Assembly: GCF_006345805.1 (NCBI RefSeq)
Contig: NC_043001.1
Location: forward strand, 61,132,001 to 61,196,000
Direction: 5' to 3'
DNA: 64,000 nucleotides
Source: Octopus sinensis
Taxonomy: Eukaryota
Shown: piece by piece, positions 53,952-64,000 of the stretch
Layout: every line of letters begins with the position of its first letter
Position numbering within the stretch: the first letter of the stretch is position 1
The notes under the pieces: generated by a model
What the model was told of the DNA's origin: nothing
The model's input: the letters and a program-made list of their open reading frames with translations, nothing else
Database searches by the model: none
Made by a program: the position numbers and the translations under genes

Positions 53952-54094
53952 GTGTCATAGGTGCCCTCGGAATGATAGCAAAAGTGGCTGATTCTTACCT
54001 AGCTCAGATACCAGGAAACCCCAAAATGGCAGAAATTCAAATGATAGTGCTCAAGGAAACTGCCTATACCCTACGTAAAATACTGTGTATGTAA
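53952..54094 (+). mobile_element. 3' coding end of a third R4/Dong-like element
   Basis: VIGALGMI...IPG...EIQMIVLKETAYTLRKIL* is homologous to the RLE C-termini at ~57000 and ~62460. Confidence 0.7.
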
Positions 54095-54149
54095 TCTCAA
54101 ATTTCCGAATAACTCTGGTTATAACATCGAAAATTAAACTGGCGCTTGA

Positions 54150-57100
54150 GGGGAAGGCCTCTTCCTCGGCAGTGGATCAGTAAAGATGCAGACTGACCAC
54201 TGCTGTCAACCTAATAAATCATGAGCAGATAATAGAGCCAGGTGGAGGAAGTGGACCAGAAGAGAAAACAGGATAGTGATACAGTGCTACTTAAAAGGTG
54301 AACCTAAAAGAAGGGGCTATAGAAAACAGATGTGAAAACTTTGGGTACGGAAGAGTATGTTTAAAGTGACTGAGCAGAGAATAGGTGATCAAGCTGTAAT
54401 GCTATTAGGAGAAGAAATTGGATGGCAGAATTGGAGGTAGAAGAGATCACAAGAACTGGAAATGAAAGACCAGGCAGTGGGAAAGACAAACGACATCATA
54501 AGAGATACATCTGAAACCAGAGAAGAACCTAATGAAAAAATAATAATAGCGCTCCAATAAAGAAGGGACAACTGGCACCAACGAATTAAAGAAGATCAGA
54601 AGATTTTAGATGATTTGCAGGAAATAATAAGTAAAGAAGAAAAAGATTGCCAGCATTAAATGACATCAGAAAAAATAAGCTATAAGAAATGTGTAAGAAA
54701 ATAGTTTTGTTATCAGGAGGAAAAACACTAAAGATATAGAAGACAGTAACTTATTGATCTATGCAGGAAGGGTAGTAGTTACCAAAAGATTAGATATCAC
54801 ACAAGGAAAGATTTGAAAAGTGCAAACGTGGAAAAGGTGACTACAAAATAAAGTGAAGACTTTAAGACAAGATCTGAGTAGAATAGAAACCTGGAAACTG
54901 AACAAGTTAGGAAACACAAGAAGCAAATCTTCCATCGAGAAAATATATTTAGTCAAAGAGAAACGGCTTGGGACAGTAATAGAAGAGTTGAAACAGCGTA
55001 CCATTGCAGTAGCAGGCAAGCTTCTCAGATATCAGTAAAGAATAGATCATTATCAACAGAATAGACTATTTGAGACAGACCAGAGAAGATTTTATAACTA
55101 AATAAATAGTGGAGAACGAAGTACTGAAGGTGAGAAACCTAGTGCAGAGGAAGCTAGAAGGTTCTGGAGTAATATTTGGGATAAACCAGTCAATCATAAT
55201 GAAGATGCAGTATGGTTAAAGAAAGTGTAGAAGTAGTGAGTAGAAGCCAGATCTAAGATTAACTAATTAATGACTAAAGTGTTAGGGAAAATGCCGAACT
55301 GAATGGGCCCAGGGCCAGATTTATATCAAGGGTACTAGATAAAGAAATTCACTAGTTTACATGGGAGATTGAGGGAGAAACTTCAGGATTCCCTTAATGG
55401 TGAAATAATACCGGATTGGACGACTAGAGGGAGGGGAATACTCATTATGAAGGCGAATACAGCTAGCAACTATAGACCAATCACTTGCTTACCACTAATG
55501 AAGAAGCTGTTAACAGGAATGCTTTCAGAAATAATTTACGAGCAGCTTGACAACCAGAATTTACTACCAAAAGAGAAAGGTTGCAGGAAGAAGGCGAGAG
55601 GAACGCATAATCTATTATATATAGACAAAACAGTTTTAAATTAGGTAACATCTTCAAAGATAAATCTAACAATAGCATGGATAGATTATTGGAAAGCCTA
55701 GGATATGATCCCACACTCATGGATAAGTGAATGAAAGAGATAGATTCCTTAACACCGACCTTAAGACTCTTCATCAAAGATATAGGCATGGAATCTGACA
55801 TAGATAAGTGTGCAATATTAGCCATGAGAAGGAGACAGGTAGTCAAAAGCGAAGGCATCCAATTACCAGATGGCCTGGCATTAAAATCATTGAAAAGAGA
55901 AGTTATAAGACTCTAGGAGTATTAGAATCTGGCATATACTAAATATAGAAATGAAAACGACAACTGAGTAGATCAGAAGTGTGAAAGAAGCTAATGAAGT
56001 CAGAGATGAATGGTTCGAATCTAGTGAAGGCCGTAAATACTTGTGCAGGCTCATTACTTTTACACTCAGCAACTTTTGTTGATTGAACAAAAACTGAATT
56101 AGCAAAGCTAGACAGAAAAACTAGGAAGGAATTCAATATGAATTGAGGATTCCACCCATGTACAAGAGTAGCAAGATTATACCTACCTAGAAAGGCAGGT
56201 GGAAGAGAGTTAATATCAATTGAAGACTGGATGGAGTTCGCTAGAGTAGGTATAGAATCCTATGTAGCTAATAGTGAAGAAAGTTTTTTAAAAGCTGTTA
56301 GATTCACAGCAAGACATGGAGAAACCAAAAAGCAAACGAACTTAAAAACCAGAGAAAAAACCAAAACTTATCTCACTGGCAGGAGAAGGCGTTGAGTGGT
56401 AGATTCTCCAAGATAGTTTCAGTAAATAGTAGTGAGGCATGGTTATGGTTGCCGACGGGAAAGCTGCAGAGGGAGACCGAAAGTTTGTTAGGAGCTGCAC
56501 ACAATCAAGCGTTTGGGACTAATTGGATAAAAGCCAAAATAGACAAAAAACAAGTAAGTTCCCAATGTAGAATATGCAGATCAAAGGAGGAAAGCGTTAC
56601 TCATATAGTAAGGGAATGTAGCATGCTGGCACAGAAAGAATATAAGTAAAGACATGACAATCTAGGGAGAGCAATTTACTGGGAGCTTTGCAAGAAGATA
56701 GGATTTGAACATACAGATAAAAGGCATGAACATGAACCTAGTAAAGTACTAGAAAGTATGAAGTACATGATGTTGTGTGACTTAACATTCAGACTGACAG
56801 TGTGATAGAAGCTAGAAGGCCTGATTGGTAGTAGTAGATAAAGAGAATAGAAAGTGCCAGACAATTGACTTTATACAGTCCCAAATGATGAAAACATTAA
56901 TATGAGAAGTACAGAAAAATAGTGAAGTACCAGGACTTAAATATTGAATTACAGGGACTATGGAAAGGGCGGGTTATATGTATCCCAATAGTTATAGGTG
57001 CATTGGGAACTTTCACTAAATATGTGAGCAACAGATGGATATAAGACATTGGCATAATACCCGGTTTATTACAGCTGCAGAAAAGTGTAATTAGGGACAG

Positions 57101-57202
57101 CTAGAATACTTCGGAGGGTTCTTTGCATCTAAGGCAACTTGCTGTAGGCCGATGTTAGGATTCTTTTCATTTCCAACAACCTAGTCTGTTGAGTGTATAT
57201 GA
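54150..57202 (+). mobile_element. Decayed R4/Dong-clade RLE retrotransposon, family A
   Basis: NYRPITCLP, KGCRK..RGT..LLYID, LYLPRKAGGR.L, CCHC knuckle CRIC...ESVTHIVREC, RHD, RPD and PIVIGALG. The central RT (QG/YxDD) region appears deleted near 55730. Ends in (AAT)n. Confidence 0.88.
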
Positions 57203-57204
57203 AC

Positions 57205-57300
<96 letters not shown>
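57203..57300. repeat. (AAT)n microsatellite
   Basis: Directly visible. Confidence 0.98.
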
Positions 57301-57497
57301 TACATAACAAAAACACCAGGACTTACAGACACATATAACATACAGAAAATTGCACTACTAGGCACTGCACACATCCTACGCAGAACACTTTCCATACAAT
57401 AACCATCAGAGCATCACAACAAATCACAGCACATACCCAAGGCACACAGAGCTTCGCTCGGTAGTGAAGTGAAAGCACGCTATAAAAAATAAAACTA

Positions 57498-57501
<4 letters not shown>
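57301..57501 (+). mobile_element. 200-bp 5'-truncated 3' end of RLE family B (duplicated at ~59737-59936)
   Basis: Matches 62494-62693. Flanked on both sides by (AAT)n. Confidence 0.9.
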
Positions 57502-57530
<29 letters not shown>

Positions 57531-59691
57531 CTTCTTTGAACAAAACAAAAAGTTCAACTCCAACCACAAAAAGTTCTACCAAGAACTTGGCAAAAATAAA
57601 ATAGAAATCACTGCAGCACCAACGGCAGAAGAAGTAGAAGAATTCTGGAGAGAAATATGGTCGGCGAACGAACAAGCAAAAAAAAAAGGAGTATCAAAAT
57701 AACAAACTCAGCATCTGAGCAACTTTGGACCCCCATAACAACTGAAAGGTCACCCAGGCACTGCAAAGATTAAGCAACTGGAAGGCACCTGGGCATGACA
57801 ATATCCCCAACTTCTGGTTGAAATATCTAACAGGAATGCACAAAAAGATGGCTAAAACTTTAACAACCTACTAGCAGAGCCAGAGACAATGCCTGAATGG
57901 CTCACGAAGGGGAAAACCATCTTAATTCCCAAATCAAATGAGACAGCAAAACCAGAAAACTACAGACCAATAACCTGTCTCCCTACTATGTACAAGGCTT
58001 TTACTGCAGTGATATCGCAAAGGTTGAACAAACACCTGGACGAAAACAACCTGTTTCCAGAAGAGCAGAAAGGATGCCGCAAAGGCTCATATGGCTGTAA
58101 AGATCAACTAATGATTAATAAAGCCATAACTGAAGACAGCCACAGAAAGAAGAAAGGCCTCAGTATGGCCTAGATAGACTACAAAAAGGCGTTTGATAGC
58201 ATCTCCCACACATGGATCCTCGAAACACTAGCCATTAACAAAGTAGCACCAACAATCATAAAATTCATAGGGCACTCTATGAATAAATGGCAAACAATGC
58301 TACAACTCCAAACAAAAAGGGACTCATGAAAACCAAAGCCATCCCCATTAGAAGAGGAATATTCCAGGGAGACACGCTCTCTCCACTCCTTTTCTGCTTG
58401 GCACTGTCACCTCTATCTGATATGCTAAATAGAACTGGATGCGGATATAAATGTTACGGCAAAACGATCAGCCACCTTTTATATATGGATGACCTAAAAC
58501 TATACGCTGCAAATGACAAACAGCTGGAAACACTATTAAAGACAGTTCATGGATTTACCAAAGAAATAGCAAAACTAGGAAGGAATTCAATATGAATTGA
58601 GGATTCCACCCATATACAAGAGTAGCAAGATTATACCTACCTAGAAAGGCAGGTGGAAGAGAGTTAATATCAATTGAAGACTGGATGGAGTTCGCTAGAG
58701 TAGGTATAGAATCCTATGTAGCTAATAGTGAAGAAAGTTTTTTAAAAGCTGTTAGATTCACAGCAAGACATGGAGAAACCAAAAAGCAAACGAACTTAAA
58801 AACCAGAGAAAAAACCAAAACTTATCTCACTGGCAGGAGAAGGCGTTGAGTGGTAGATTCTCCAAGATAGTTTCAGTAATAGTAGTGAGGCATGGTTATG
58901 GTTGCCGACGGGAAAGCTGCAGAGGGAGACCGAAAGTTTGTTAGGAGCTGCACACAATCAAGCGTTTGGGACTAATTGGATAAAAGCCAAAATAGACAAA
59001 AAACAAGTAAGTTCCCAATGTAGAATATGCAGATCAAAGGAGGAAAGCGTTACTCATATAGTAAGGGAATGTAGCATGCTGGCACAGAAAGAATATAAGT
59101 AAAGACATGACAATCTAGGGAGAGCAATTTACTGGGAGCTTTGCAAGAAGATAGGATTTGAACATACAGATAAAAGGCATGAACATGAACCTAGTAAAGT
59201 ACTAGAAAGTATGAAGTACATGATGTTGTGTGACTTAACATTCAGACTGACAGTGTGATAGAAGCTAGAAGGCCTGATTTGGTAGTAGTAGATAAAGAGA
59301 ATAGAAAGTGCCAGACAATTGACTTTATACAGTCCCAAATGATGAAAACATTAATATGAGAAGTACAGAAAAATAGTGAAGTACCAGGACTTAAATATTG
59401 AATTACAGGGACTATGGAAAGGGCGGGTTATATGTATCCCAATAGTTATAGGTGCATTGGGAACTTTCACTAAATATGTGAGCAACAGATGGATACAAGA
59501 CATTGGCATAATACCCGGTTTATTACAGCTGCAGAAAAGTGTAATTAGGGACAGCTAGAATACTTCGGAGGGTTCTTTGCATCTAAGGCAACTTGCTGTA
59601 GGCCGATGTTAGGATTCTTTTCATTTCCAACAACCTAGTCTGTTGAGTGTATATGAACAATAATAATAAATAATAATAAATAATAATAATA

Positions 59692-59736
<45 letters not shown>

Positions 59737-59962
59737 TACATAACAAAAACACCAGGACTTACAGACACATATAACATACAGAAAATTGCACTACTAGGCA
59801 CTGCACACATCCTACGCAGAACACTTTCCATACAATAACCATCAGAGCATCACAACAAATCACAGCACATACCCAAGGCACACAGAGCTTCGCTCGGTAG
59901 TGAAGTGAAAGCACGCTATAAAAAATAAAACTACTGAATAATAATAATAATAATAATAATAA

Positions 59963-62690
59963 TCTTCTTTGAACAAAACAAAAAGTTCAACTCCAACCAC
60001 AAAAAGTTCTACCAAGAACTTGGCAAAAATAAAATAGAAATCACTGCAGCACCAACGGCAGAAGAAGTAGAAGAATTCTGGAGAGAAATATGGTCGGCGA
60101 ACGAACAAGCAAAAAAAAAAGGAGTATCAAAATAACAAACTCAGCATCTGAGCAACTTTGGACCCCCATAACAACTGAAAGGTCACCCAGGCACTGCAAA
60201 GATTAAGCAACTGGAAGGCACCTGGGCATGACAATATCCCCAACTTCTGGTTGAAATATCTAACAGGAATGCACAAAAAGATGGCTAAAAACTTTAACAA
60301 CCTACTAGCAGAGCCAGAGACAATGCCTGAATGGCTCACGAAGGGGAAAACCATCTTAATTCCCAAATCAAATGAGACAGCAAAACCAGAAAACTACAGA
60401 CCAATAACCTGTCTCCCTACTATGTACAAGGCTTTTACTGCAGTGATATCGCAAAGGTTGAACAAACACCTGGACGAAAACAACCTGTTTCCAGAAGAGC
60501 AGAAAGGATGCCGCAAAGGCTCATATGGCTGTAAAGATCAACTAATGATTAATAAAGCCATAACTGAAGACAGCCACAGAAAGAAGAAAGGCCTCAGTAT
60601 GGCCTAGATAGACTACAAAAAGGCGTTTGATAGCATCTCCCACACATGGATCCTCGAAACACTAGCCATTAACAAAGTAGCACCAACAATCATAAAATTC
60701 ATAGGGCACTCTATGAATAAATGGCAAACAATGCTACAACTCCAAACAAAAAGGGACTCATGAAAACCAAAGCCATCCCCATTAGAAGAGGAATATTCCA
60801 GGGAGACACGCTCTCTCCACTCCTTTTCTGCTTGGCACTGTCACCTCTATCTGATATGCTAAATAGAACTGGATGCGGATATAAATGTTACGGCAAAACG
60901 ATCAGCCACCTTTTATATATGGATGACCTAAAACTATACGCTGCAAATGACAAACAGCTGGAAACACTATTAAAGACAGTTCATGGATTTACCAAAGAAA
61001 TAGATATGAAATTTGGATTAGAGAAATTGCGCCAAACTAACCATGAAAAGAGGAAAACTAGTTAAGAGAAGCAACATCACATTAGATAAAACCAATGAAA
61101 TAAAAGAATTAGACCAAAGCCAAACTTACAAATACTTAGGAATCCATGAACTAGATAAGACACAACACACACAAATGAAAGAGAAAATAAAAAAGAATAT
61201 TATAGACGAGTTAGATCAATACTAAAACAGAGCTCAATGCTAATAACAATAGGTATTAACACTTTAGCCGTCCTAGTTATAAGTTACAGCTAAAATACCA
61301 TTAACTGGTCACTAAATGAACTGACCAAAATAGATAGGAAAACAAGAAAAATAATGGCAGGGTCTAGGATGCATCACCCAAAGTCTGACATAGAAAGACT
61401 ATATATACGACGTATAGAAGGTGGTAGAGGCCTTATACAGCTGGAAAACTACTATAAAATAACTACCATTGGACTGAAAAAATATCTACTTCAGAAGGAA
61501 GGAAAACTGATACAAATAGCGGCAAAACACGAGCAAAACAAAAAACTGTTCTCAGTATTTAAGGAAGCTGACAAATACAAACAAGAAATCAAACCACCTA
61601 ATAAATATGAAGAAGAAGAAGAAGAAGAAGAAGAAGAAGAAGAAGAAGAAGAAGAAGAAGAAGAAGAAGAAGAAGAAGCAGAAGAAGAAGAAGAAGAAGA
61701 AGAAGAGAAGAAGAAGAAGAAGAAGAAGAAGAAGAAGAAGAAGAAGAAGAAGATAAAGAAACAACAAAAGCTATAAAAGAAATGCAATCCAAACTAAAAA
61801 TAGAACAGCAAAGAACCATGATAAAACGATGGCAAGAAAAGCCCCTTCATGGTAAATACTGGACTAAACTAAACGCAAAAGAAATAGACAAAGAAAAATC
61901 CTAGCAATGGTTGAGAAGCTCAGCACTCAAAGCAGAGACAGAGGGATTTTTAATTGCAGCACAAGACCAAAGCCTCCCCACCAGAAATTACCAAAAACAT
62001 GTAATGAAAAGAAATATAACAAGTAACTGAAGAATATGTGGAGATGGACAAGAAACAATAAATCATATTATCTCTGGCTGCCCAGTCCTGGCTAAGAAGG
62101 AATATATTCACATACATGACAGAGTTGGAACCTACATACACTGCAAGCTATGCCAACATTATGTAATAACAACAGAAAAAAAAGGTATAGGCACACACCA
62201 GAAAAGGTCACAGAAAACGAGAAAGCAACCATACTCTGGGATATGCCGATACACACAGATAGAGAAATTAAGGCCAACAGACCAGATATAGTTGTCAGAG
62301 ATCATGAAGGAAAAAAATGCTTCCTAACTGATGTATCAATACCAGCGGATGACAACGTGTCTCTAAAAGAAATGGAGAAACTTTCAAAATACAAAGACCT
62401 GGAAATAGAGGTAACCAGAATGTGGAATCTAAAAACAGAAACAATTCCTATCTTAGTAGGTGCATTAGGCATGATAAAAAAATATTCAGACAAATACATA
62501 ACAAAAACACCCGGACTTACAAACACATATAACATACAGAAAATTGCACTACTAGGCACCTCACACATCCTACTCAGAACACTTTCCATACAATAACCAT
62601 CAGAGCATCACAACAAATCACAGCACATACCCAAGGCACACAGAGCTGCGCTCGGTAGTGAAGTGAAAGCACGCTATAAAAATAAAACTA

Positions 62691-62693
<3 letters not shown>
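59963..62693 (+). mobile_element. R4/Dong-clade RLE retrotransposon, family B, 5'-truncated and disrupted
   Basis: KAPGHD.IPNFWLK, ENYRPITCLP, EQKGCRK, IDYKKAFDS, GIFQGDTLSPLLF, HLLYMDDLK, RLYI.R.EGGRGL, CCHC knuckle remnant, and RLE RPDIVV...DVSIP...EKLSKY. Flanked by (AAT)n. Partial duplicate at 57531-58569. Confidence 0.93.
61608..61752. repeat. (GAA)n expansion inside the family B ORF
   Basis: Directly visible. Confidence 0.97.
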
Positions 62694-62725
<32 letters not shown>

Positions 62726-62727
<2 letters not shown>

Positions 62728-62792
62728 GGCATACTGGGCTTCGTATATTTTACCCCAGTGTCACTTTGATGGCATGCACTGTTCATTCATTC
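62726..62792 (+). mobile_element. Short 3' stub of family C
   Basis: gggcatactgggcttc...ccagtgtcactttgatggcatgcactg matches 831-896. Lies between two (AAT)n tracts. Confidence 0.8.
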
Positions 62793-63328
<536 letters not shown>

Positions 63329-64000
63329 GCTGGAATATCAGTGACGAGTTGTCACATATTTTTCAATATATTGCGAGCTGAAGCGAACTTATATCTGCTC
63401 TTGCTTCTGATATCTACCCTTGCTTTTTATATTAGCTTTAATTGATATGTAGATTACATATCGACAGGCGAGGAAATAAGTGAATCCTGGCAAATTTATT
63501 GACAAACAATGCAATAATAATTCCGCATGTATTACAAACAATATAACTAAGTAATTAGGAACTCTGTATATTGAAGTTAAATTGAATTTTATATCAAATT
63601 ATACTTGTTCACCTCACCATTCTATAGATTACGAGATTAACAATAATGTTAATTTTGCAGTTTCGTACTTAGATAAAAAATCAATGAAGTTTCCCAACTC
63701 TTGAAGTACCTATGCAAATCTAACCAAGTGGAAACGTTAGATTTGCTAAATTCGTTTTAAGTTTGATATTAACGAATGGTTATAGTAAACTTTTGTTAAA
63801 GAAAGGTTGGAAATATTTGAAAGTAGAATCGCAAACTAGTTGATTTCAGTAGTATTCTGGTAATGACGTAACTGCCATATAAAAATTTTCCAGACACTAT
63901 TGTTACTTCAAGGGAATACAGTCAATTATATTTTATAGCCAATCTTGTGACATTGCAAACATTTAGAGAATCTCGATTACAATGTAACGTAACTCATGCT

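Larger units (their letters stand above)
56117..61003 (+). repeat. Near-identical ~2.45-kb tandem duplication (56117-58569 and 58571-61003)
   Basis: Same order of A 3' end, AAT tract, B 3' stub, AAT tract and B RT in both copies. Differences are mostly homopolymer indels. Confidence 0.92.

Overview
AT-rich, microsatellite-dense eukaryotic DNA. The SINE families and repeat landscape look like an octopus or other coleoid cephalopod, but that is inferred from pattern recognition only. No host protein-coding gene can be supported, and most listed ORFs are simple-repeat translations or transposon pieces. The window holds decayed mobile DNA: full-length but disrupted mariner (9116-10384) and IR/DR Tc1 (39510-41137) elements plus remnants, several Penelope-like (RT + GIY-YIG) elements, CR1-like and Tx1/L1-like LINE fragments, tRNA-derived SINEs, non-autonomous Helitrons, a MITE family, and a ~9-kb stack of R4/Dong-type RLE retrotransposons that end in (AAT)n tracts. 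The most interesting signal is non-coding. There are at least four minimal type I hammerhead ribozyme motifs with intact cores and two decayed ones, all on the minus strand with a GUA cleavage triplet. One sits in a 432-bp ORF-less retrozyme-like unit (52157-52718). Near-perfect fold-back hairpin elements are inserted in (TA)n tracts. All coordinates and alignments were read by eye.
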